From assembly GCA_048213135.1 (NCBI GenBank), contig PS015363.1:6600-70599 (forward strand): a DNA stretch of 64,000 nt, read 5' to 3'. Of this stretch, positions 1 to 13,607 are shown piece by piece. Numbering within the stretch: position 1 is the stretch's first letter; each line of letters starts with the position of its first letter. This stretch comes from Reclinomonas americana ATCC 50394. Lineage: Eukaryota. The notes beneath the pieces were generated by a model. The model saw nothing but the letters and a program-made list of their open reading frames with translations. It did not search any database and was not told the origin of the DNA. The translations under genes and the position numbers were made by a program.

Positions 1-69
1 GGGAGGGGATGATGAGAAGAGAGACGATAGGCATTTTCGTAAAAGAGTATCGCGAGTTGTTTACGTGGT

Positions 70-888
70 CTACGACGGTGATGGATCGGGTGGCGAGTGA
101 CCGGCGGTGAGAATGATCTGCTTGAGGAACGGCATGCAGGCGTGGTGGCGCAACGCCGGCATATCATTGATCTGCTCCCAGTAATCCAGCACACTACGCA
201 CAAGAGACAGAAGAATTGAGGCATCTTTCGTGGTCTCCCCGACAGCTCTAGCCTGCACGCCTCACCACTGCACTGTGAACATCATCTGTGTCGACGGGCA
301 CGCAAAGACGTGAATGAGGAGCCGATGACCTGAAGATGGCGAAGAAGACAACTGCGACGCAACATGATTCTCGAGTGTGACGAGCAAGTTGTGTGCCGAT
401 GTCTCACTGCACATGCGCAGTCGCGGCAGTTGCACAACGACCTCACGCAGTGCCTCGTCGGCCTCAAAGGGCTCCACGTCTGCGGTCCCTAGTGCTCTCT
501 TGCGTGACGGAGTCGACGATGAGGATGATGATGATGACGATGAGGATGATGATGATGATGAGGATTGCGTGCGGACAGCGGGCATCACTCGTGCCAGCCA
601 CACCGCAGTCACCAACAGCACGCATGCCAGAATGGTCACCCACGAGGCGGCCGAGACACGAGCACGGAAGAGTCGCACAGCGACCCACACACCAGTGGAG
701 AGTGCGACAGCTTGCAGCAGTGCACGATGCGTGCTGACCAGGGCGACTGCACACACAGCCAACACAGGAATGGTGGCGGTCAGCGCCAGACCAATGATGC
801 CTCGAGCCGCTGCCGGTGACGCCACAGGCGACGACGACGACGACGACGACGACTGTTCCAACCGGCTGCCAAGTCGCCGACCGTGCAT
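70..888 (-). CDS. Uncharacterised membrane protein (about 3 hydrophobic segments flanked by poly-Ser tracts), probably 2 exons
   Basis: ATG at 888 (aaaATG) opens MHGRRLGSRLEQ(S)n...GIIGLALTATIPVLAVCAVALV...WVTILACVLLVTAVWL. A plausible GT-AG intron at about 253-309 joins it to the ORF ending TAG at 70. No family recognised. Confidence 0.45.
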
Positions 889-1162
889 TTTGTGAAACCA
901 ACAATCGCTGCGCAGGCAGGACAACTTGCGTATCCTTTGTATCCCATGTCACCGCTGCAGCAGGGCTAGTGGTGTTGTGTGTCGATCATCATGCACTGGC
1001 GCTGACATGCAGTCCGTCGCGAAGATATCACGACCGCAGCAAGTGTGACATGTTTTTTGCGGCCGCGATGACACTCCCAACGCACTGGTCTCCGCTGCGA
1101 TGCCCAACAAAGCGCACTCTGCACCTCGATTGGGCCTTCTTTCGATATCATCATTTCACTCC

Positions 1163-4100
1163 TCATTTCTTCGGTTTCGGCCCCTTGCCACCCGCCGCTG
1201 CGGCGGCAGGCTCCGCACCCGGTGGTGGTGCCATGGTCTGCGAGACAATACCACGTAATTGCACCTTGAACTGGTCGAACGGTGCGGCCACGGCTGGCAC
1301 GCCGCCCTTGAAAGTGCACTGCAAACACAGACGTGAAATGTGAGCGACTGGTGGGCGAGCACAGGTGATGCAGGGCACCATTCCACGCACATCGACAGTG
1401 ACTTCACACGGCACGTCGACACCGGGAATAGGCAACTTGGCGATCGAGGCCGCAGTGGGATTGAAGCGGAAGGTAACGGTTTTGGTGGCGCCGACCTCAA
1501 GTGTGACTGTGTCCACAGAAGAACACCGAGTGAGCACGGGGGGGAAAACAACAGAGTGCTGCTACGCGAGTGACACTCTCGCAACTCTTGGCTGGATCCA
1601 CACTAAAGCCGTCGGCTGCCGCTGTCGGTGACACCTCCACCGCACACTCGCCATTGGCACCCTTGCGCTCCGTCTCGTCGCCTTGCAGTACGTTGCCGAG
1701 CAGTAGTGTCCGGGTCACCGGCATGCCGACTCCCGTCTGCTCGAAGGTGAGCATTCCTTTTTCTACATTGATTCGTGCGACATGCAGCCATCAACTCACC
1801 AGTGGGAAGTCGAGAGTGTACGTCGGCACTCGTGCTTGCCGTGGACCGCCGATATTGAGATCTTGGCCAATCTGCACCGTGAAAAAATATGGTGAGTTAC
1901 AGCCGTGAAGCACAAGCATTGTGACGGAGAACGCGCGCACCAACAGCGCTTCCTCCTCCGGGTACCGCACAAACAACGCCTGATTCCAACACCGACCGCG
2001 CACATGAATGTCACAGGCGCCACTCATGCCCGCACCCGCGTCACCTGACGGCGCACACACGCAGAATGAGAACTCTAGACCGCGACGTATGCGACTGTGC
2101 TAGTAGACAGGCACACGCACCGGCTCCTCGATCACCGCCCCATCGCACACTCAAGTGACACGCGTACTCCCTGCGCGGTCGATCCGGGGCGAAGCGAAGC
2201 GAGAGCGCCTGACGGCCCTTGGCAGGCACCACTGCACTGATCGGTGTCACTGAGAACGGCACAATGCCCGAGTCGTTCTGCAGCTTGAACTGTGCCACAG
2301 AGAGAGAGAGAGAGATAGAGAGAAAACTGTGAGCGAGAGAGTGTGCGTGTGCCACACGCCAATGTAAATCGCAGACGCGCACCTGGTCCACCTGCGCCAC
2401 GAATGGCACATCGAAGTCGGAGTCGTTGATGACTTGCAGTGTCTTGGTGACCGCCTCGTTCTCCAAAACATCGCCCACGTCAAACACTTCCGCTCCCGGT
2501 TCCACACGCACCACTGGCGACACGCCCTATTTCGATGCGTGCACAGTAAGCTGACATGAATCGCAGCGGGAGACACTCGAGACGAGGAGACGCAACTCGG
2601 CCGCGCAGCTGCATAATGACCTTGTTGGTCTCGGTGCTGTCAATAACCAGGCGGAAGGTGTAGTTTACAGGTCGCAGAGGTCGGAAACGAATCGTGATTT
2701 CGCACTGCCCGCCGGCTGGCAACTCGGACACACCGCTCAGGAACGAGAATGGCCTGCCACAAACAATAATTATTAGCAGACGCGAGAAGCACACATTCCG
2801 TTCGATGTACACACACCCGAAAGGGTCGAGAGCGGGCACCGACAGCGTGGTGGTCCGTGGACCGCGGTTGAACAGTCGGAATGTCATCGTGTTCTCCTTG
2901 CCGGCAGCAATCTGGGAGACAACCGTGTTACCACCGATGGCCACTCATGGTGGCAGGGCAAAGGGGGAAAAACGCAACGTCGCCAAACTCGAGCATCTGC
3001 GATTGTTGATTTTGTACAAGCGAAACCAGAGCTGGCTGGATGGCCGTCGTAAACACTTCGAAATGCAGCGGTGAGCCGGCGAATCCTTGAATGAACCACG
3101 GAATCATCCACGTTTCGTGCACTCCCCACTGGTCGTCCAGAGGTGCCACCGACGCACGAGCAGAACCAGACGTTGTCTCTATAAGCAGTCACGCACAGTA
3201 CGTGTCAGCGCTCGGCAGTGTCAATCAGCGAGCTGAAGTCGACTTACCACGACGAACAACCGTCTGTGCAGTGTCGTTCTTGGCGTACACCTCCGGGAGA
3301 GCGTTGAAGGACACCACGACAAACTGCTTGCCCATTGGCGGTACTGTGGCTGTCGACGGTGTCACTCGCAGCAGCGGGAGGCCACTGCAGCGACGGTGGC
3401 GTGGTGAGATTGAACATTCGATACATACACACACATCCTGCATGTAGTGCAGCGCAACTTGTCACGCTGCAGTGGACCACCCGCATTGGCCGCCGCCGAG
3501 GCCCCACCATCCGGCCGGAACACGGCGTTTGGTGGCACGGTAATGGTAAACGTGTGGCTCTGCGTCTTGGAGTTGTTCTGCATGCAGAGAGTGTAGGTGC
3601 TCTGGTCGCCAACGGCCGTCGCGCACATGTCGACTCGAGTGCAGCTCAGCTGCAACGGCGCGTCAACACCCTCGCCCGTGCAGACGATCTTGGTCTGCAC
3701 CCAGATGCGCGTTGGTCGCACACACTCACACATGATGGATGGATGAAAGGGCGCAATGCAAACCTGACGACCCTCCGCGGTGGTGCACACAATCGGCAAC
3801 TTGAAAACGGTGGCCGAATACGGCGCAAACGCCACATGGAGCACACGTGATTCGCCTGGCAGCAGAGCACCGAAACCTCGCGTGTCGCTGTCGGGCGACA
3901 CGCTGATGCCGCGCGGCAGCTGCACAAATCCAAAGCGCTGCGGCAGAGCCGAGATGTTGCGTACCATGATTGGGTGTGCCACCGTCTCGCTCGTGGTGCA
4001 AGTGCCGAAATCGATTCGAGTGGGCGTCACCTGCAAGTTGTCCTCGGTGATCTCGCCTTGCAGTCGGAAGTACAACGGCATGGCCTGGTCGGGCACGCGG

Positions 4101-7100
4101 ACGTGCACAGGCACATCAAACATTGCCGAAACAAACTCGTCATTGACCTAGCATATGCGTGCGCGCACATGTCAGTGCATGTGAGCGACAGAAGGATCAA
4201 TTACACCACCACATACCGAGCGGTACACATATCGCTTGCACTGCTCGATAAAGTCCGCAGTCGGAGTGAACTTCATGTGCACCTCCAGCGCAGAGCCCGC
4301 TTGCACATACGCCATGCTCGGCACAAATTCGAGGAACGGCTGCAGTGGGCGTGGCACTTCGAGCTGTGAAAGGGGAGGACTCAGCACGCAATGTGTTGCA
4401 GGGGGACAGAAATCAGCAACGCACCTCACAGCGCAGTGCAACCTTGCCGCGATTTCGCAGCATGATATTGTCGCGGTACATGGTGTTGTAGAGCATGCAC
4501 TTCAGGTCAATGACCTCGCGCTCCACATACATCGGCACTTCGCCGCCGTATGCCACCAGGTCGAGATACACTGGCTCCACATCCTGCGGTACACGCACAC
4601 ACGTCAAACATCGGCATCGTGCACCTCCAACGCGTCGCACACACACACACACACACCTTGGAGGGGCGGAAGATAACCTCGAGCCGACTGGTGTAGTCGT
4701 GCACGTGGTACGGCGTAAACTTGACAGCCACTTTGACGACCGAGTAGCCGTCAACATCGCCCATGGTCTGCGAAAACTCAAACACTGGCTTCTTCTCGCT
4801 CCCGCCAGCACCCTGTTCCGCAGCAGCTGTTGCTGCTGCTGCGCCACCATCGCCGGCACTCGCGGCAAGCGACTTGCTGGAGGAGCTGCGCCCGAGAGGC
4901 GGTGATGGCGACTTTGCTGGCGTAGCATCAGCACCACCACTGCCGCCCGTGCGAGGCGTCATGCCAGCCGACGTTTCGTATGCATCGACAACCTCCAGTG
5001 CAGCGCCACGCAGTTCAAAACGACACGGCAGTGCGCCGTCGTTGCGAATCGTCAGAGTCTTGGTTGAGCTCTCGCCGAGAGTCACGCTGCCAAAGTGCAG
5101 CTGCGCGCACGACACGAAATGCAACATGAGTGCGCAAATCCTCTCCAGCCTACGTGCTGCAGACCTCCACGCACCTCCTCAAACGGAATCACCGAGGCGA
5201 CAATCTTCTTCGTGTAGGCCACCAGCGGAATGTGCAGCGGTCCGGTGGCAGTGAGCAACGGCAACACAGTCTCAATGTCGGCGTTGACCTTGGGCGAAAA
5301 GTGCACAACCAAGTCGCACGTCATGCCAGCCGACATGCTGCCCGGCAGCTTGTACTCGATGTCGAAAAAGTCCCTGCACAGCAGCCAAAGTGAGCGCGAC
5401 TGCATTCTTGGCGAGACACAGAATGAAAGTGTGTGTGTGTGTGTGTGTATACCGATAGGCATCCTCAATGTGCTGCAGCTTGAACGTGTTGAACGAGTAC
5501 GAAATGTTGGTGAGGCGCACACGCTTCTTGTAGGTCTGGCCGACCTCAAAGTCGGTAAAGACAATCTTGGTCGGATTCGGCTCGAACCCGGAGCCCGTAA
5601 AGGTACGGCCGCACACCACTTGCGGCTGGACCAGCGAGCCCTTTTGCCGCTCGCGCGCCTTGCTCAAGTACTGCTGCTGAAGCTTGGAGATGTTGCCGGT
5701 GCGCCCGCGTCCATCCTCGTCCTCGTTGTCACCAACCGAGTCCTCCGTCCACAGGCCGCGGAATGCGGGCTCGGCCAGCGCCTGAATGTCCTCCTGGTGT
5801 TCGTGCGGATCAAGTGTCGGCAACTGCAGTCGATTCTTGTTCAGAGTGCTCTCCGCCAGCGCCGATAGCTCGCCACCAAATCCAGCGGCACGACTTTGCC
5901 CCGCAAGATGATAAGCACACACAAATCGAGAAATAACACAGGCGCATACAGACCTTCCCTGCTTGGTGCTCATGGCCTTGTCGGTGAGATGTCCGGGCAA
6001 CATGGACTCGCTGAATGTGACCGTCGGGTGCTTCTGTTTGACACGCTCCAGCACCTCCGGCTGCTTCTCGTGCGCCTCTCCCAGACCGAATTTCCAGTCG
6101 GCGGTGATGGTCACCTTTGAGCCGTGCAGCTCTCCCATTCGCCCCGTCGGATCAATGACCGACTCGCCGTTGGCACTCATCTTGGAAATGTACTCGGCGT
6201 TGCGCTGAGCGACGTACGCGCGTCCCAGTGACTTGACGTACCGCGCGGCCGTGTCACTCTTCTCCTTCTCTCGGGCTTCGAGCACCGCCCGCCGTGCTTC
6301 CTCCTCCTGCAGTCGTTGCAGAATCTCCAGCTCTGCCTTCTTTTGCTTGCGCGCCATTTTGGCCAGGCCCTTCTCCAGAATCTGCTGGTGCTCTCTTCTC
6401 CGCAAAATCTGCGCACCAACCGCCACCGTGTCAGGCTCCCGAGTTGCAACACATTAACGTCATTCCTCTTCTCACCTCGTACGGATTGCCTCCGGCGGCC
6501 ACAATCTCCTGCCGCTCAGCCTCGAGCGCATCCAACTCCTCCTGGTGCGCTCGAGCCTTGCGATCGACTTGCGCCTTCATCTTGTCCTTGATCGTGTCGA
6601 TGTTCTTCTTCAGCGACACCACTGGACGGACGAGGGGCGGAGGATGCAGGGTGAGCAACGCCCACCGCTGCCGCACAGAGCACACACCGCACATGACGCA
6701 CCTGCCGACACTTCACGCTCCACCAGCGCCTCCTTGGCTGCCTCAATCTCGGAGATGCGTGACTCGATCGCTCCACCGACCGCCTTCAAGCGCTCGGCGG
6801 CCGATCTGACACCGGCGTCGGCGACGGCCACAGCGCCTTTCTGTCGCTCCACCTGCTCCCTCTCAATGGTCTCCATCTGCTTCAGTCGCTGTCGCTGCTT
6901 CCGCTCCAACTTTCGAGCAGCATTCCGCTCCAGTTCAGCACGTGCATACGCCAGCACCATGTCTTCCCGTGCTGCTGCCGCATCCTCCTCCTGAATGTTC
7001 CTGGCAATGGCCTCATTCTCCACCACCTGCAACTGCGACTTGGCCACCAACTGGATCGCATCGCCGAACCGCGTGTGGTGCTCCTTGACCAACGCTTCGG

Positions 7101-8160
7101 CCTCCTGCAACCGCTGTTGCAGCTGCACATCGACTTGTGAGTCACACGCACACAAACAGTGAGGCGCCCCTTCCACACAGATCTGTCGCTGACCTGCTGA
7201 CGATGTTCGCGCAGCTGTCGACGCTCTTGTCGATCTTGCAAGGTGAGTTCGGGCCGAGAATGAGCCGTATCATGCAACTGGCACACGCGCGCAAACTCGG
7301 TGCGGATGGCGTTGGCGACCTTGTGTGCCTCCTCCAGCTGCACGCAAACACACGCAGAGACATTGTCAGTCTGCAGTGCACCCTCTCACCTCCACGACAG
7401 ACAGCGCGTCACGCACCGACTGCTTGATGCCCTGCGCAATGCGTTTCTTCTTCTCCAGATCCGCCAGGCACGCCGCAATGTCTGCACAGGCAGGTCGGTC
7501 AGCAGTCAACACGACAGCAAAGGTCAACGATGGACCGCCTCACGTTTCTTGGCGCGTTCCCGATGCAATCGACTGTTCCTCTCACGCGCATCGTGGAACG
7601 ACGTGAGCACTCCACTGGCCTCCAAGTGACGCGAGATAATGGTCTCCTCCACCGATGCCGTCTGGTGGTGCGCCCCACGACCATCGTCGCCATCGTCGGG
7701 CAAGTAGTCGTCCACGACACCCACATCGCCGTACTCTTCCTCCTCCTCGGCCTCAGACAACCGCGGTGCCTGTGCTGCTGGTGCCTCTGCGTGCAGAGCT
7801 TGAGCGAGAGAAGGCTGAGGCAACAAGCGCGAGAGCGAGAGACGACCGCAACTTCGCTGATGCTTTTGTGATGACTTGCGTGGCGGTGGCGGTGGTGCGG
7901 GCACTGGCGAGTGATCACCCCCGTCCATCATGCCCTCCTCACCGGGATCCGACAGCTCATCGCGATCGCCATCGTCGTACGCCGGGCTGTTGTTTACGCC
8001 AACGAAGGAGTCAGTCAGTGTGAAATCAATCATCAGTCAGCGCAGGCTTCCTTCTGTGTATCACTCGTGCAGTGCGTGCTGTGTGTGTACGTGTGAGCGT
8101 GCAAGAGTGAGGAGCACACCGTGGCAGGTTGGCAAAGTCAGCCTCGTCGTCGGAAGCCAT
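1163..8160 (-). CDS. CFAP74: Cilia- and flagella-associated protein 74 (central pair; N-terminal coiled coil plus ASH/MSP-like Ig repeats), many short introns
   Basis: Spliced motif FEPNPTKIVFTDFEVGQTYKKRVRLTNISYSFNTFKL...FFDIEYKLPGSMSAGMTCDLVVHFSPKVNAD...TGPLHIPL and repeated 'xDFGxxxxG...xLxNxG' ASH units. Start MASDDEADF at 8160, stop TGA at 1163. Confidence 0.85.
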
Positions 8161-8216
8161 TCGCGCAGACGAGCGTTGATTTGCGAGCACTTCTGTGCGC
8201 GATTGTCCACGCAAAC

Positions 8217-11200
8217 ATGAGGTGCGTGATGCGACCCTTCTTCTCTCTCTTCCCCCCCTCCTCTCTCTCCCTCACACACAAACACTCACTGACTGTGCAC
8301 GTTGACACGACCGCAGCGACCTGGTTGGACAGGTTCGTCATGAGTGATCTTTGCATTCACTCACTCACTCTGCACTCACTTGTGACTCGGCGATCAGCTC
8401 ATGGAGATGGGCTACGATCGCGAGCGCGCAGAGATTGCCGCCTCATCATCGCGCGACATCAACGAGGCACTGAGCATGCTCAATGTTTCGTCGGAGTATT
8501 GACTATGTATGCTCCACATCATCCTTTCCTCACGTTGCCGCCAACAACAGGGCGAGACAGAGGCCCCCAAGCCACCAACCCCGCCACCACCACCACCACC
8601 ACCACCACCAGCTGCGTCAGAGAAGACTGCAGCGGCGCCTCCTGCGGTGCTTGATCGTGTGCTGGTCGACGATGACGCGGGAGAGTCGTACCACTCGGTG
8701 GCGAGCTCGGCACCGGAGGAGGTGCCAGTGGGCACGGTGAGTGTGCCGGGAGTCATGGATCACGGCGAGCATGCAGTGTCGGCGGTGAATCTGCGACGCG
8801 CGCACTTGCTGTCGCCGGCGCAGCTGCGTGAGTACGGGTTGCATGAGCAGGCGGCGGAAGTGGAGGCCAGAGCAGCAGCAGCTGCTGCTGCTGCTGGTGA
8901 CTGTGCGTGGCTCCTCCTTGTCTCTCTGATGGTGGTCAATGGTCGCTGATGTGTAGGTGTGCATCGGTGTAGCTGCTGGTACCACAATGTCGAGTGTGGC
9001 GAGTGAGGACGATGACTCGGCGCGATCGTTTGTGCCGCTGCGCGTACGTCCGCACATGCCTGTGTCGGTGGTGATTGATGAAGTGGCGAATCGGGGCCTC
9101 TGGCCGGCCGCCTCGCAGAAAGTGGTCGTCGGTCAGCTGTCGGAGAATGTTGCGTTTGTTGTCATCGGGTGTTTGTGTTATTGTGGCTCGTCCGTCACTG
9201 ACGTGCGCCGCGCAGTTTATCTTCACGGTGGAGGCGCTGTTGGCCGACTGGATGATGCTGCCGGCTTGTGCGTCTCGTGTGTCTCTTTGACGGTGTTTTT
9301 CTCTGCACGGTGAATGACGCTTATTTGCAGACGGCATCAAGCGACCTGTGTTGCTGGCGATTCGTGACTATCTGTGCGCCACGCTTGACGCAGACACACT
9401 GCGCAAGGTGCATGCTTGTTCCGCGTTGTTGCACACACAGCACGAGTTGCTCGCTTACTCACTCAAGCACACACACAGCACTCGCATCTCGCCGTGGCGG
9501 ATCCCGATGCGACGGTGGCCGCCATCACTACCCTGCTGACCTCGCAGACGACACTGCCGCCTGCCGCCCTTCTCATGGCAGCATCGGCGACGGTGGCTCA
9601 CAGTGGCGTGACAGCGGCGCTGGCCAACCAGATGCAGGGCGCGTCGCGAACCACCCCTGCGGCTCCAGCATCCGTGCCGCCTGCGGGTGCCTCGCAAGTG
9701 TCACAGGATACGGTCTCGTCGACCTCCACCACTGCGGCAGAGGCTCGCTCGGCCGCTCGTCGTGCAGAGCCCGACACGACACTGGAGGATCTCGTGCAGA
9801 TCATTGATGCGTGCTCCAGGGGGCTGGAGGTGCACTTGACAGGTGAGTGCTGGCATTCGCACATCCGCCCTATGTTACTAGTCATTGAGTCGATGCCACA
9901 CACTGCAGACAATGTGCTTGGTCGCGGGAGCTTTGGTGAAGTGGTGTTGGGATTCATCGAGACGGACCAGAATCCGGCCGGACATGTGGAGGTGGCAGTG
10001 AAGCGCATCCCGGTCGGTGGCGCGCGGTCGTCTGGTCAGCTGCGCGACGTGGCGAATGAGATCGAGTTGTTGTCGAACCTCACCGGTCATCGTAATCTCG
10101 TGCAACTGTTTGGTGCGTTTTGGGGGGAGATCTGTGCGACCACTAAAGTGTGACGCAGCCTCATCCGTGGTTCGCTCCCTGCAGATGTGCAGTATGACGA
10201 GAAGCGTTCCGAGGTCCTCTTCGTGATGGAGTTGTGCACCGGAAACTCACTCTCCGACTACATTCACGACTACTACGAGGAGCACGAGGGTGGTCAGATT
10301 CCGCTGGAGACCATTCGCGACTTTACCTCACAGCTGCTGTGGTACGCCCTTTGTCTGTTGTGGGAGTGATCAATTATGCATACATGGTGTTCTGATGAGT
10401 GTTTTGCAGGGGCCTGTTTTGCCTGCACGACAACTTTGTCATTCATCGCGATGTGCGTGTGTGTCCACTGCCAGTCGTAGGTCGTCGAGTGCTCACGTGT
10501 CTGAGTTGCTGTGCAGCTCAAACCGGCCAATGTGCTGCTCACTGAGGATGCCGACTCGGTGATTCTCAAGCTGGCAGACTTTGGGCAAAGCAAGATGATG
10601 GAGCAGACGACAGAGACGGCCACGGAGAATCGCGGCACGCCAGCGTACTGGGCACCGTTTCGTACCCGCCGTACTCCCCCCCCGATCTCACACGTCGCTC
10701 TCGTCTGACTTTATTATGCACCAGGGAGATTTGCGTCGGCAAGCAGGGCAGCAAGAGCCACCGCTACGGCTTGCGTGCCGACGTGTGGAGTCTCGGGTGT
10801 GTGGTGCTGGAGATGGCCACCGGCAGCCGTCCGTATCCCTCGTACAACAAGGCAAGTGTGCTCTGCGTGTAGAATTGGCGCAAGTTCGCTCCTGTGTTCA
10901 CGTCGTGCCTGCAGTTCCAAATCGTCACCGCTCACATGCGCGGTGAGCTGCCGGAGATTCCGGCGTCGTTGCCGGAGCAGCTGCAGTCGTTCCTGCGCGA
11001 GTGCCTGCAAGGGTGGGGTCGCACAGTGCATGCGACAATCGTTCCTCTTTGCTGACCACTCTGCAGTGATCCCAAGAAACGACCGTCGGTGGCCGAGCTC
11101 ATGACGCATCCGTTTGTGGTGGAGAGCTGGGAAGACATTGACGAGGTGCAGGATGCTGCTGACCGAGCCACCCACCTCAGACGCCGCTCCGAACCCGAGC

Positions 11201-12025
11201 CCGCTGAACCTGAGGCTGCTGCATCGCCCGTCGCAACATCGTCACTCGCGACCGACAGTGCTTCGTCTGCTGCAGCTGACGCAGAGGTGTGTATTTGTCC
11301 TCTCCGACGCGTTGCAAGTTATTGTGAACCTCATGCGCAATCGCGGGCACAGAGCTCGGTGTTGCGCACCGAGGTGCGTGTGCAAACGTCCAAGGAGCTG
11401 ACGCAGTTTATGAATCGACTGCGACTGGAGGAGACGCAGCGTCGACAAGAGTACGAAGAGGTTCCGTGAAGCTGTCTGCCTCTTCCTCTCTCTTCCCTGC
11501 TATTGACACAGCCGTGTGGCAGGCGTTCCGCAAACTCGCTGCCGAGAGGCGTGAAGTGGAGATGCAGCAGTCACGTGTTGCTGCGCAGCTGGACTTGGTC
11601 AAGCGGGAGAGAGAGCTGCTGGAGGAGGAGCGCAAACTGGCGCGCGAGGAGCACGAGCGTTGCGTTGTCTCGCGTGTGATTCGAGGAAAAATGTTCCTGA
11701 CGATGCCCTCCGTCGACAGAGTACATCGCAGACACGGAGCGTGCACGACGAGACTGGAATGCCGACGAGGAACGGCGACAGAGGCTCATTGCGTTTGAGT
11801 TGTGGAGCAAGGTACGGGTACCTGTGCTTGCGTGTATGTGCCGACGACCACACACACAATCAATGATCGCTGATGTAAAACCTCGCACAGCAAAATCAAG
11901 CCATCCGCAATGCCGCGCCCGGGCAGACCATCATGTTCCAGGGCAGCAACCATTTCGTGCCACCAAAGGGCCCCTTCAATGTGCCCTTCCCCGCGAAGCC
12001 GCAGACGCGGCCGACTCCCCGTTAG
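8217..12025 (+). CDS. Ser/Thr protein kinase (STE11/MAP3K-like) with N-terminal UBA domain, ubiquitin-like domain and C-terminal coiled coil
   Basis: Kinase motifs LGRGSFGEV, VAVK, HRNLVQLF, IHRD|LKPAN, KLADFG, RGTPAYWAP|E, ADVWSLGCVVLEMATG. N-terminus MSDLVGQLMEMGYDRERAEIA...INEALSML is UBA-like. Stop TAG at 12023-12025. Confidence 0.85.
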
Positions 12026-12206
12026 CTCGTCGGTAACACAACAAGCAAGTGTACAATGTGGGTGATGTCGTGATATAGCTAGCTACACAGCAACAATAAC
12101 AACAGCAACAACACGAGGGGGAGAAAACAAACACAGTCCACACGATATTGTTTTCGTGGCTGCAGGCAACAACATGAACAAACAACAACATTTTCCCACC
12201 AACACA

Positions 12207-12592
12207 TCACAAGACCACACAGTCCTTGTTGCGCCGGCTTTCCTCGTCCTTCTTTTTCGAGGCCCAGTGCGTATCTGCTTGGAACGCCTGTACTGCGCGC
12301 TCCAGCTGACCGTCATTCTCGTCCAGGTAGTAACTGCGTGCAGGGTGGATTCATGATCAGCACCGACAACAACATTCAAACAAAACGAGTCACGCTTTGC
12401 GGCACGAAACTTGGCCTCCTCGCGTGTCGCATTCGTCTCCTTCATAAACTGTCTGACGAGCGCCGCACGTTGCATAGCAGCCACCACCTCTGGCGACTGC
12501 GGCGGCGGAGTCGGCACTGCCGACGCCAGTGCCGTGGGAATGAGAATCACCGGACGCTGCAGCAGCACATCGAGATTGCCGACACACGAATT
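12207..12592 (-). CDS. 3' part of Zn-finger/LysM/UBA-like/CaaX protein (end of LysM, UBA-like domain, C-terminal CVVL)
   Basis: NSCVGNLDVLLQRPVILIP...VRQFMKETNATREEAN|YYLDENDGQLERAVQAF...KDCVVL*. Continues directly from IRRA at 13607 once 12998-13607 is flipped. Confidence 0.75.
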
Positions 12593-12997
12593 NNNNNNNN
12601 NNNNNNNNNNNNNNNNNNNNNNNNNNNNNNNNNNNNNNNNNNNNNNNNNNNNNNNNNNNNNNNNNNNNNNNNNNNNNNNNNNNNNNNNNNNNNNNNNNNN
12701 NNNNNNNNNNNNNNNNNNNNNNNNNNNNNNNNNNNNNNNNNNNNNNNNNNNNNNNNNNNNNNNNNNNNNNNNNNNNNNNNNNNNNNNNNNNNNNNNNNNN
12801 NNNNNNNNNNNNNNNNNNNNNNNNNNNNNNNNNNNNNNNNNNNNNNNNNNNNNNNNNNNNNNNNNNNNNNNNNNNNNNNNNNNNNNNNNNNNNNNNNNNN
12901 NNNNNNNNNNNNNNNNNNNNNNNNNNNNNNNNNNNNNNNNNNNNNNNNNNNNNNNNNNNNNNNNNNNNNNNNNNNNNNNNNNNNNNNNNNNNNNNNN

Positions 12998-13607
12998 AGA
13001 ACGCGTGCTGAGATCTGATTCCGCCCACGCAGAGTCCCTTGGTGAACGATGCCGACGCGCGCATGGAGGTGACGGTGAACCGGGCGATGCAGGAGGGCGC
13101 CAAGTTTGTGGCCGTCTATCGGTGTCTGCGCTGTCAGGCGTACTACAAGCCGTCGGATGCGCGCGAGAATCACGCGACGGCGTGCGCGTTCCACCCGGGC
13201 GAGTTTGTGGAGACGGAGCGCTTGACGGGGCATGTGGTCGGTTGGAGCTGCTGTAAGCGCGGGGAGCGGCATGCGGTGGGGTGTCGACTGGGCGCGCACG
13301 AGGCGGATCCCTCGTCGGGTGTGGTGCACACGGTCGATGAGGCCGAGGAGGCGGCTGCGCAGGAGGCGGCGGCGGCGGCGGCGGCGGCGTGCACAGCACC
13401 CTCGGCTCCACCGGCACCACCGACCGCGGCGCGAGATGAAGGCGCGTGTGTGTGGTTGATTGATGGAGTCTGTTGTTGCTCAGTCCGCGCGCAGATTTCG
13501 TGTCGGATGACGACGGCTACATTCGCCACACGGTCAAGGACGACGACACCATTCCCGGTCTCGTGCTGCGCTACAATCTGCGCAGTGAGGCCGACATTCG
13601 CCGTGCC
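12998..13607 (+). CDS. Middle part of the same gene, inverted in this assembly: BTK-like Cys/His Zn finger plus LysM start
   Basis: CLRCQAYY...CAFHPGEF...WSCCK...GC..GAH, followed by YIRHTVKDDDTIPGLVLRYNLRSEADIRRA (LysM). Confidence 0.75.

Noticed and set aside
13442-13494. Possible GC donor (G|GCGCGT) in the LysM gene
   Set aside because: A same-phase GTGTGT donor exists 6 nt downstream, so a GC donor is not required.
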